This document shows, piece by piece, positions 38,570-50,804 of a stretch of 64,000 nucleotides of DNA. A program made the translations under genes and the position numbers. The stretch lies in contig NW_026262582.1 of the NCBI RefSeq assembly GCF_021869535.1, positions 47,864,001-47,928,000 of the forward strand, written 5' to 3'. Numbering within the stretch: the stretch's first letter is position 1; each line of letters begins with the position of its first letter. The DNA is from Mytilus californianus (Eukaryota). Below the pieces are notes generated by a model. It made no database searches and was not told where the DNA came from. It saw nothing but the letters and a program-made list of their open reading frames with translations.

Positions 38570-40563
38570 ACAAGTGAGCAGTATGCTGGAGTTTCTCATG
38601 GACAACATATTTGTTGAATTTGGAGGTAAATTTTTTCCACAAATTGTCGACATTCGTATGGGAACGAACTGTGCGTCTTTCTTTGACGACCTCTTCTTAT
38701 TTTCATATGAGTGGGAGTTCCTTCAGACACTTGTCAAAATCAAGAAGAACAAAGAAGCCAGATCATTTAATTTCACATTCAGATATATTGATGATGTTCT
38801 TTCCATAAACAATCCAAATTTTTCTGATTGGGTTCCATTAATATATCCTCCATAACCACAAATTTAAGGAACAACAGACACGGTTTCCTCCGCATCATCT
38901 TCAGACTGTTTCCTCATATTTGACATAAGCGGTCATCTCAGTACCAGAATCTATGACAAACGAGACGATTTTAATTTTTAAATTATCAATTTCCTCCACC
39001 TTAGTAGCAATATACCAAATTCACCTGCATATAGGATATACATTTCCTAACTCATTCGGTATTCACAAGCTTACAGCTTCTACTCAGACTTTGTTAAACG
39101 TCACCAGTTTCTGAGCAGAAATTTTGAGAACCAAGGTTATGTTAAACATGTCATATCCAGAAATCAACGCCATTTTGTTTTTTTACTATTATACTGAATA
39201 AAAAAATCGGATACGGGTCACGGAAATTATATTGAAATGATAGGGAATTTTGAAAAAAAATGTCTGTTTTAACTTTAATTTAAGTGATAGACAGGTTGCG
39301 GGGACAGAAAATAAATATACACATCAATATACACCATTTAAACGAAACATAATAACTGTCGTTGCAAAAATCAAGGTTCCTGAGCTATTTTAAAAATCGA
39401 AGCGAGAGGCTTTTAACATTGCAGTATAAAATACAGGCTAAAATGGCTGAAACGTCAAATTTGCAAACTTCGTGTTGAAAATTGGCTAACAAGGTCATTA
39501 CAAATCCAGGTTGCGGGAATGAACTTGAAACTTGAATGTCCAAAGAATAAGCAAGTTCAAACCTTGTATGTGTAGTCGTTGAACTCTAGGTTCCCACGTA
39601 AAGTTAAAATGCCCCTATTTCAAGAAGAATAAACTCACGAAAACAAGAAAAATTCACTAAATTCGCGTTCATTGTTTTGATTTTGACCGCCTGACAACTT
39701 TACGGACATATCAGAGTGATTATAAACAAGGCCTCTGTGACGGGCAACTTATAATATCCGTGTTTTAAAGATTTTCATGATATCAAGCCAGTCCAGTTCA
39801 AACTTTTATCACGTGGTACAATTCTCATTTACATATTATGAATATTAATTAGCAAAAGTACTACTAATTTCAGGCTATGTTAAAGAACGTCTCCTTTTTC
39901 TAAAAAAGTTCATCGGAAGATACCAAAACCTTGTTGATAAGTATTCCGTATCAACTTTACAAATAATACATGATGGTCTTGATGTATAGATTCTAGGTAC
40001 TGACGTTGTTTATCATCTTAATTACGTGTTATAGTGTTATTTTATTTGTCTTTGTAAATTATTAACGTTTACTGTTTGGTCCATTTTTGGTAATATCCTT
40101 TTGGCGTGGCTCGGTACTTGTACATCATGCCATAGCGTTGTTGTGTTGTGGTAATTTTTTGTATTCTTGTCCTTCATTCTTGTGTATGTGCTTTGTCTCT
40201 ATGCAATTTTGTTTTTCTTTGTTGACATATTGGTTTTTTTTATAGTGAATGAGATTATAACGCAATGTTGACTGCTGGACCCTTATTTTTGACATTTTTA
40301 CCAATTATGTCTGTTTGTTTTGTTCACACATTGTTGTCAATATAATAGATTTTTTTGCCACTGTCATAAAAGAGAGAGGTTTAGCTAGCTTTAAACCCAG
40401 GTTTAATCCACCATTTTCTACATAAGGAAATGTCTGTACCAAGTCTGGAATATGACAGTTGTTTTCCATTCGTTTGATTTGTCTGAGCTTTTGATTTTGC
40501 CAATTGTTAAGATACTTTCCGTTTTTAATTTTCCTTGGAGTTCGGTATTTTTGTTGTTTTACT
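38570..40563 (+). mobile_element. 5'-truncated PLE (RT core to 3' UTR), decayed and interrupted
   Basis: LEFLMDNIFV, MGTNCA, RYIDD, TRIYDKRDDF, QGYVK|ERLLFLKKFIGRYQ across an insertion. Confidence 0.85.
39147..39875. mobile_element. Unclassified insertion in the PLE RT with an apparent 9-bp TSD
   Basis: tatgttaaa at 39138-39146 and 39876-39884; removing the insert restores QGYVKERL. Confidence 0.65.
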
Positions 40564-41661
40564 TTTCACGTTACACGTGGCAAGGGTTCTGATGCTAAAC
40601 GAGAGACGTCTATATATTTTTTTTTTCTTTTTTCGTTTGTTGTGCTCACTCGACAAAAAAACTTCCTATTATAACTCGCATCTGTTATTTTACATTGCCA
40701 ATATGCAGAAAAGCTGATGATTGGTTCCTTAACTCAAAGTTTTGGCCCTAGAAATCTGAAAATTTGTAACCGCGGTAATGGTTGATGAACACATATGGTA
40801 CAATGTCAAATTATTTCCGTTTAAAAGATTTTCACCATTTGCATCATCAGTGATGTATATGTGACATCAGGAAAGTAGGTGAATTTCATTAAAATATGAT
40901 GTTGTTGCATAAGGAGTGATAACAAATGATAGTTTTCTGAATAATTTAAAGTGGCGTCATCCCACGCAGACCAAATATTTTGCTGAAACGTTTTTTATGT
41001 ACTATATATTTTCATTTTCAACAAATATTTCAATTGCCGAGGGGTAGTGTTCCATAGGAAATCATGAAAAAAGGTCAAAAAATGGACTTATTTGAAATAT
41101 ATTCCTACTTCAGGCTATTAAAGTTGTAAATATGAAGCAGATATATTAATAAAATTGAGAATGGAAATGGGGAATGTGTCAAAGAGACAACAACCCGACC
41201 ATAGAGCAGACAACAGCCGAAGGCCACCAATGGGTCCTCAATGCAGCGAGAAACTCCCGCACCCGGAGGCGTCCTTCAGCTGGCCCCTAAACAAATATGT
41301 ATACTAGTTCAGTGATAATGGACGTTATACTAAACTCCAAATTATACACAAGAAATTAAAATTGAAAATGATACAAGACTAACAAAGGCGAGAGGCTCCT
41401 GACTTGGGACAGGCACAAAAATGCGGCGGGGTTAAACATGTTTTTGAGATCTCAACCCTCCCCCTAAACCTGTAGCCAATGTAGAAAAAACCAACGCACA
41501 ACAATACACACAGTAAAACTCAGTTTAAGAGAAGTCCGAGTCCGATGTCAGAATAGGAAACAAAAAAAAATAAACAAAATGACAATAATACATAAATAAC
41601 AACAGACTAGTGGCAGATACTGACATGCCATCTCCAGACCTCAATTAAACTGATTTAAAGA

Positions 41662-41750
41662 TTATGTCTTCATCATATGAATATCAGGCACAATCCCTTC
41701 TGTTCGGGGTTTAGTATTATACCATCATAAAATATATGAGAAGAACATAA
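41662..41750 (-). ncRNA. Type II SECIS element (canonical)
   Basis: A-UGAU GGUAUAAU ACU-AAA-CCCC gaacagaa GGG AUUGUGCC UGAU: G.A quartet, 8-bp helix II, AAA bulge, mini-helix. Helix I ucauau/auauga. About 62 nt after the RT stop at 41790-41792. Confidence 0.85.
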
Positions 41751-44041
41751 CCCGTGTTATGCCAACAACTGGTTTTAGAATAAATATGTTTAATTCCGAT
41801 GCAAAGTCCCTATAAGTGAATCAATATTAAAGCAAAAATATGCAATCTTTAATGACCTGACGACAGTATCGTTTGTTTAAAGGTTTTGTTAGCTTTTGAG
41901 GTGAATACTGACATTTTTGTGCTTTGTAAAGAATATTACCATAACAGATTGGATGTGAAATACCCGATCGTATAAGATGTCTGCATGTTGAGTTATATTT
42001 ACGAATGATGTCCTTATACGGATGCAATTTAGTTAATGTTTTGACTAGTTTATGATATCGAAAACCCTGGTGTAATAATTTTTCAGTAATACATAAATTT
42101 CTCTCGCTAAAATATAATACGTTGTTACATACACGAGCGAATCGTACAAGTTGAGATATATAAACACCATAAGATGGGGACAAGGGAACGTCACCATCTA
42201 AAAATGGATAATTAACGATAGGAAATGAAAAATAATCTCTTTTATCATAAATTTTTGTATTAAGCTTCCCGTTAATGATATAGATATCAAGATTGAGGAA
42301 AGGACAGTGGTCATTGTTAGTATTAGCTTTATTTAAAGTAAGTTCAACAGGATAAATTTCTTCAGTATACATACTGAAGTCGTCATTATTGAGAGCCAAT
42401 ATATCATCCAAATATCTAAAAGTATTATTAAATTTTTGTATCAGATGTTGTTTCGATGGGTCTTTGCTGATTTTAGTCATAAATTGTAACTCATAACAAT
42501 ACAAAAACAGGTCCGCAATAAGTGGTGCACAGTTAGTCCCCATTGGAATTCCGATAACTTGACGATATACGGAATCTCCAAAGCGAACAAAAATGTTATC
42601 AAGTAAAAATTCAAGGGCAGATATGTTATCAAAGCATGTCCAATTGACATAGTTCTTTTGTTTGTTGCTACTAAAAAATGACCTAAAGAGTTTGAACATA
42701 ATATGTATTCGCATTCCGACCTTTTAAATGCCCATTTAATTAGGTGTGTGAATTTTTTCTTAATAAGAATATGAGGCAAAGTGGTATATAGGGTAGAAAA
42801 ATCAAAACTTTGATCAGATTCAAAATCACCAATATATGCATGCAATTTATCAAGTACTTCCAACGAGTTTTTGACACTCCAAAAGTAGTTAATTCCACTA
42901 TTTTCAAAGGCCTTATTTGAACAATTTATTATTAGATTTTTGATTGTACCAAGTGTACTAGTAAGTAAAATAGACAATTTAGTAGTGGAACAAAGACTTG
43001 AAGACGAAATAAATCTATATTTGTAAGGTGATTTGTGTAGCTTTGGAAGCCAGTACATAGTTGGGACTTTCATTGTATTTGGTTCTGCTTGTAAAGAAGT
43101 AGCTAATAGTTTATGTTTGTTACAGATATCGTTTTCTGAAAATGAAGTCAGTTGGAATGTTGGTGAATTCGTGATTTCCTTTTGCAGAACCTCAATGTAA
43201 AATTTACGTCAAACTATATAAGATATTATTAGCAGCTTTATCAGCCGGGACAAAACAAATTCCTCGGCTAGTTCTTTTAGTTTATGTTTGATACGAGAAA
43301 TAGGATTTGTATGGTTGTTGTTAAGAGTAAAATGTTCTTTAAAATGTTGTATACGTATATCAACTATCTTCATTACTGAATTAAAAAAAGAGTCCAAAGA
43401 TTTTTTGTCAACTTTTTCCCGTTTTATCCATTTCAAACAGTAAGCACGAAGTGAGTCGTGGATGATATTACTACACTCATTCCAATTAATAATTGACAGG
43501 GGACGATATTTAGGTCCTTTCCTGAGGAATGATTTTAAATGGAAATGGGGAATGTGTCAACGAGACAACAACCCGACCATAGAGCAGACAACAGCCGAAG
43601 GCCACCAATGGGTCCTCAATGCAGCGAGAAACTCCCGCACCCGGAGGCGTCTTTCAGCTGGCCTCTAAACAAATATGTATACTAGTTCAGTGATAATGGA
43701 CGTCATACTAAACTCCAAATTATACACAAGAAATTAAAAATTAAAAATGATACAAGACTAACAAAGGCCAGAGGCTCCTGACTTGGGACAGGTGCAAAAA
43801 TGCGGCGGGGTTAAACACGTTTTTTGAGATCTCAACCCTCCCCCTATACCTCTAGCCAATGTAGAAAAAACAAACGCACAACAGTACGCACAGTAAAACT
43901 CAGTTAAAGAGAAGTCCGAGTCCGATGTCAGAATAGGAAACAAAAGAAAATAAACAAAATGACAATAATACATAAATAACAACAGACTACTAGCAGTTAC
44001 TGACATGCCAGCTCCAGACCTTAATTAAACTGATTGAAAGA

Positions 44042-44130
44042 TTATGTCTTCATCATATGAATATCAGGCACAATCCCTCTTGTTAGGGGTTTAGTATTAT
44101 ACAATCATAAAATATATGAGAAGAACATAA
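44042..44130 (-). ncRNA. Type II SECIS element, duplicate copy
   Basis: Same fold as 41662-41750, with one mismatch at the base of helix II. Lies after the stop at 44170-44172. Confidence 0.78.
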
Positions 44131-46144
44131 CCCGTGGCATGCCAACAACTGGTTTTAGAATAAATATGTTTAATTCCGATGCAAAGACCCTATAAGTGAA
44201 TCAATATTAAAGCCAAAATATGCAATCTTTAATGACCTGACAACAGTATCGTAACTATATCCCTTCCTAATAAGTATGTTTAAAGGTTTTGTTAGCTTCT
44301 GAGGTGAATACTGACATTTTTGTGCTTTGTAAAGAATATTACCATAACAGATTGGATGTGAAATACCCGATCGTATAAGATGTCTGCATGTTGAGTTATA
44401 TTTACGAATGATGTCCTTATACCGATGATAAAATATAGTATATGTTTTGACTTGTTTATGATATCGAAAACCCTGGTGTAATAATTTTTCAGTAATACAT
44501 AAATTTCTCTCGCTAAAATCTAATACGCTGTTACAGACACGAGCGAATCGTACAAGTTGAGATATATAAACTAAGCTTTTTTTGTTATACTTTCAAACAA
44601 TACATGTAGTAATACATACATACATTAGATTTTTTTTTTATACTTTCAAACAATACATGTAGTAATACATACATACATTAGATTTCCTCAAACAATTGAA
44701 AAATACACGTTAAAAGTGCCGTTTATTTGGTTATTGCCTTTATTCCGCACAACGCATGTTAATCCATAAAGCATCAACTCATATTCAGTATACGTTTACT
44801 TTGAAACAAAATTAGTTTTAATTTGCTTTGAACTAGCTTTCAGTAACTGTGAGTACTCTTAGGTGGGTATTTGGTGTCTTTAGTCTATTTGTTAGTTGTT
44901 TATTGTGTTTTGTGTCGATCTGATGAGTCAAACCTACCTGCACTTTGTTTTATGTTGTGTTGTTAACCACTGTCCCCGGTTACGGAAGGGCTTAGTTCTC
45001 ACAAACTTGTTGTTATTCGCAGTCTGTTATACATGTTTACGTTTAAATTGATTTATACTTAAATATGATCTTGTTTTCTTGTTTGAATTGTTGCCGGGGC
45101 CTTTTATTGCTATTATACTGTATGAACTTTGTTCAATGTTGAAGGCTGTACTGTATCCTATAGCTGTTTACGACCACGCCATTAAGTTTTAGGCGAATAG
45201 TTGCCTCATTGACAGTCATGTCAGATCTTCTAGTTTTTATATTTTCTAATGGTAAAAGTCGAATTCAGTCAGTGGTAATATAAAAAGTATTAACCATATA
45301 TCAGATTAACAACATAACAGTTGGCAAGTCAAATATCTTCATCTGTTATCATATCAATTTTAATTATTGTTCTATATTGTAAATTCTCAATCTGGAGCTG
45401 ATTATTGTTTGATTGTCAATTCAAGATCTTTCATGTTTTCAAAAGCGTGCTTAGATAGTGGGTTTTTTTAATCACCAAAATGACTTCGGAAGTTTGTAGT
45501 TGCTTATGGTTGTGTTCTCTTATAAATTTTCGAATCACAATTTGTTAGCAAGGTCAAAGTGGTATGAGGTATTTTAAGTAAAGAGATAAACTAATTGTAT
45601 GCTCATTCTCAAAGAACCCCGCAATGTTAAGTAATCCACTAAAATGGACATGACATCGGACAAAGCGTTCTATACGATAGGACTTAACTTATAAGCGATA
45701 TTGATTTTCTCCAAGATTCGTTACCTCAGTCAAATTTGCTTGGTTCCAATGTTACCAAGATTTCAATAAAAGAACAAGATTCCAAATAAGTGATTGAACC
45801 AAACAACAGTGAGAAGGAATAGTTTATTTGTCAGATATTGAAAGTTTTCTAATCTTATACACGTTACAACTTCAGTTATGCTATTATCAATTTTCACCTA
45901 TTTATTATCCAGTTATGCTATTATCAATTTACATCCATTTATTGTCCATCAAACGGCGAAGTAGGTCATTGTCTTCGGGAATCTGTTAGCTAGTAGTTAC
46001 TGCGGTCAGATTCTTGTTATTACAGAATATTACAATCAGAGTTATATCGACTCTCAATGTATGGTACTGGTTGGCGGTAACAAGTTCCAAAACATTCTTT
46101 ATGAAATGAATGTTTTTGAACTTGTTTAGTGGCGGACTTTGTAA

Positions 46145-47271
46145 GCTGCACCAGTACCGATGAACTTGATATATCACTGTATTATTATTTAATTTAGAAC
46201 ATTAATCCATGTAATCTTCATTTCCACCTCAAACGTAGTTTCTCATGTTGATTTTGGACATCTGTTGCCAGGGTTCAATTCATCACCCCATTATTTCAAA
46301 ATTTCATTTCATTTTAGTTTTTATTTGAATTTTGAATTTTATTTGCATCTAATTTACGGTTGTCCAAAGACCCTTTGTTTGTGGGTTGGTAACCGACAGA
46401 AGCCATGATCTTACTTTGCCAATAAAATATATTTTGACTTTGATAACGTCTTCTCTCTTACAATTCGATTTAAAGGGCTTGACCGTTAAATTGCGTTATC
46501 AGTGGAAAGTAAGCCTTGCGACAGTTCATGTACAGGTCAATGTCACGCGCATGTCTTAATTCGATTACACGGCATTTCAATTTTAACAGCTATAGCACTC
46601 CTCACACTATTCTGAATGCACGGTCTGTTAGGAAGTAACTGAATATATCTAAGGTCAGATTGTTGAGTTTATTGTACGCATAATTAATGTAAACCCACCC
46701 ATCCCTCCTCTTTTAGTTTTTCAAAACTGCTGTTTTATGTCTTATTTTACAAAGTTCTGCTTGTCTCTAACTCCAACATAGAACTCCTTTTACGGCTTCT
46801 GGATTTACAACTCTTCGACAGTCTATAAACACAATTAACCACAGTACGACGTCCATCTGACGAGTGATAACGGATTAACAGTCATAGTGTACCGATAAAT
46901 AATGTTATGACAGTCTTTTAGAAGAGTTCATCACTAGGTTGGACTTTATAGGCTGCACCAGTACCGATGAACTTGATTTATCACTGTATTAATATTTAAT
47001 TTAGAACATTAATTAATGTAATCTTCATTTCCACCTCAAACGTAGTTTCTCATGTTGATTTTGGACATCTGTTGCCAGGGTTCAATTCAGTACCCCATTA
47101 TTTCAAAATTTCATTTCATTTTATTTTTTATTTGAATTTTGAATTTTATGTATCTATTTTATTTGCATCTAATTTACGGTTGCCCAAAGACCCTTTGTTT
47201 GTGGGTTGGTAACCGACAGAAGCCATGATCTTACTTCGGCAATAAAATATATTTTGACTTTGATAACGTCT
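46145..47271 (+). repeat. Direct duplication of about 310-320 bp (46145-46451 and 46952-47271)
   Basis: Near-identical blocks gctgcaccagtaccgatgaacttg...gataacgtct. Confidence 0.85.
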
Positions 47272-48840
47272 GATCTCTTATAATTGTCAATATCTATGTT
47301 GTCTTTGTTGCTATTCATATTGTTGCTATCACAGCCATGTTTTATTATTATTTCAGTTTAATATAAAAAGACCACAAATAAGAAGTGAAAGTATACCCGT
47401 CTTTAACAATTTCGGGAGGTATGTTTTACAAGATTTTATAGTTTCAAATCAGATCTTATTTAAACTGTTTCAATTCAAACTATTATTGATTTTTTGTTTC
47501 AATTCAGCGTTTCATATTATTAAGGACTCAAATAGTTTAATTATACAAATAAGGAGATGTCGTTTGATTAACAAATGAATCGACTATCTACCAAAGTTCA
47601 AATGAAGTGGGTGTAAGTAATTATAATATTGTGCGGCCTTCAACAATGAAAATACCCATACAGTATAGTCAGCTATAAAAATGAGAATAACTTCACCCCA
47701 TTGTTTGAATTTCTATTAATGAGACGCTATTTCAAGAATACTTCTGTCATGTCTTGCTATATGCTGGTTTTAACATAGGTTGGCATTTCATTAATCAATG
47801 TATTTCCGACGAATGATTGCGAGATGTAAAAATGTTAACAATTTATGTTTAAATGAGCATACATCATGGCACGATAGAACTATTTCGATTTTAATTCAAT
47901 ATTCAGATATTTTGACGTCGGAAGGGACCTACAAAACACCTTCGAAAAGACACCAATTTGGGTTTGTTGAAGCCAAAACGTTATTAAAAACTGGCCGTGT
48001 TACGGTTAAAATCACAAATACATGTAATCTTACTTTTAGAATGATTTTCCGAGCGACCAACACCAACCAAAACGTCCATTTTGATATTTTGCATGCATTT
48101 TCAAAATACAACTGATATTGTAATTCTAATTTTGACGTCACGCACGTACAACCTATGTTCGAATTAAACCATAGCGTTGTTAACAAAGCGAAAGAAAGAA
48201 CACCATACTAGAATAAGACACCACAACGTTTTGGTGTACGCCTTCAAAGTTATAACCTACCATGCATTACATCTGAAACGTCGAAATGCAAATTAGTTGC
48301 ATTTGTAAGGCAGCATGGATGCTTTTGTTTAAAAAGACAAGAAGATGGATAAATAGATGATGGATGTTTAGTGTTCTGATGACTATCTTTCTTCCATATC
48401 AATGACGATAACATTTACCTATGCTTAGATATGAACCGTTGGAATGAAAACAAAAATCCGTTACAGATTGGAATTAACGTCTTACATGTAGGTATTCACC
48501 GAATGAAAATAAGGCGTCCGTTTGAAAAACAGAGTTCTATAAAAACACATCGAAGTTCTGTATAATCCAACAACAACTGCATACTTATCGGTTAACTACA
48601 TAATTGCAATTATAAATTATGTTTTTATGTTTTAAAAAAAGAGTATGAATTAACCTGTTATGAAGCAAAAGGTACACTAACAAAACGAATTTAACACTAC
48701 CTACTCAGAAGCTGGTCCTATAATAAATTGTTCTTATCACTACTTTTTACTTCTTTTTATCATGCATATTCATCAATGTATCTTTTATCATAAAGAAAAC
48801 CAGTTGTATTACACATGATATTTGTTCAATTTTATTTCAG

Positions 48841-48906
48841 GCCAACGGCATACAGACCGGACTATATTTGATATGCAAACCAACAGACGGAAATCCGTAT
48901 GCTTAA
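48841..48906 (+). CDS. Candidate terminal exon of the mucin (ANGIQTGLYLICKPTDGNPYA*)
   Basis: tttatttcag acceptor, phase 0, ends in TAA. Chosen by splice-site quality and composition only. Confidence 0.5.
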   Translation, partial: ANGIQTGLYLICKPTDGNPYA

Positions 48907-50804
48907 CACTTCACTCAATTCAAAAGAATATACCATATGATGTACCTTTGTTTGTAAATGCCTGTAGATTGGATATTATATTGTCGATGTAAATAGTAAT
49001 CATTCTTAAGATTTACATTTTTGTTAGAGTAATATTTGAGAAAACATAGGATACTCAAGGTGGATCATCACTAAATATTTCCTCATATAGAATTTTCTAA
49101 TACTTTGCTATAGTTAACCATGCTTTTTTCAATGATATGATAAAAAGTATGGGTCAACGTGATATTTTGCAAACAACAAGATGTAAAGTTGCCCAATTTT
49201 GTATACAGTATTCATGAAACACAGTTTTTTGTGAACAACAAGTAATCTGTGTGAAAAAATTTAAAAATTAATAATGAGGGAGTAAGTTTAATAATATGTT
49301 TTAGAAAAAAAAAGTACGACCGAACTTGTTTCATTAACATTCTTTTATATTTTTTTACTACACGAGTTATCTACTTTTATATGGCTAAGTTGAACAAAAA
49401 CATGATTCGAAAAAAAACTATTTTGTATGTGTTTAAACAGTCTCAATATAGAATATCTTGCTTATTTTTATTTATTTGAATATATAAACAATCCAACACA
49501 TACATTGTCCCAAAAAGCTAGACCAATTGTGTACTGCTGTTTCACAATCCCAAATTGCGATATAACATTAGTTTACCTTAAATTATTACCAATTAATCAT
49601 ACACAAAATAATAGGCATGCGCATATGCAACAATTTTGAAAGCTATAATATTCTTTATCGGGATAAACATAAATTTCATTGCACAAGAACTTTCTATATT
49701 CTCAAAAAGAAGATATGAGGGTCAAAAGTAAAACCACACAGCTAACTTGCTACCAAAAGTTAGTGTCGCAAATCATCTTGAATTACACTGAATTAACTGC
49801 AATACCGCAATGCAAAAATTAAATAAACATATATTTAATTATCTTTAATCTTCTACGTGCAAATAGCTAATTCCATCCGTAAAGTCCTGTTGATGAAACG
49901 TGAAAAAGTTTACATCTGTATTCCTTTTCCTAAATAAACCTGCTAGTGTATTAATTTATCGTGTTTAAGGTAATACATTGTTTAAATATATCTGTCAAAC
50001 AGACAACTCCGAAGATCATAAAAGAAATAAAGAAATCACAATATGCAGTTACCCCACAAACACTTTCAAACGTTTTATATACTTTCTTTTATACATAATA
50101 CTTTCAAATCTGTATTTGTAAATATCTTTAAACTGTCAATAGCATGTAATTGATAAGTGTAAAGACATTATTTGATTTATTTTGTCTGATATCCGTATTT
50201 ATTGAACGATAACAACTGAAAGAAAATAATGTTAGCATTCTTTGGTATCTTGGTGTGAGGTATCATAAACGATTTGGGTTACATTTTCTAAAATCAATTC
50301 TGTTTGAAAACAAAAGTAAATTTTTACGGTTTTTTTCCCATTAAATATGTATTTATATATTGTACATGTAATATTAACACTGTATGCTAATTTTTAATTA
50401 ATCTTTTTACTTATTTATTCATGTATTCAAATGTTGCAAATGTATGTATTTTTAGCTTATTTCAATGTGTGTGCGTGGTGTACATTAAAGTAATGCAAGT
50501 GAAATAAATACATTGTACATTAACAACTGCACATTTTCCCTTTTATTAAACAAATGAAAAATCATAATATTTCATCATGACAATTCTATTCATTCAAGAT
50601 TTGACACTGTCCCCTTATGTGAAGAAATAGTGTACTGCAATTGTTTACATAATAACATGTGATTAGTATCATTTGAATAAGAATGATGACTGAACTAATA
50701 TTAATGTTTTATACTTGTGATTATGTGTTGCAATTCATAAATAAACATAATTTATTTATTTATTAATCGCAACACATAATCTCAAGTATAATTTTGAATA
50801 AATA

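Larger units (their letters stand above)
41149..44571 (-). mobile_element. Naiad-type PLE family 2: 5'-truncated RT copy preceded by a tandem 3' duplicate (pseudo-LTR)
   Basis: KGPKYRP, PADKAANN, MYWLPKLHK, FDFSTLYT, GIPMGTNCAP and RYLDD on the minus strand. Direct repeat 41160-42165 vs 43538-44571. Confidence 0.92.

Noticed and set aside
40244-40300. ATGA...AA...TGAC as a SECIS in the 38570-40563 PLE UTR
   Set aside because: Helix II has several mismatches, and no Cys-position TGA is seen in this RT fragment.
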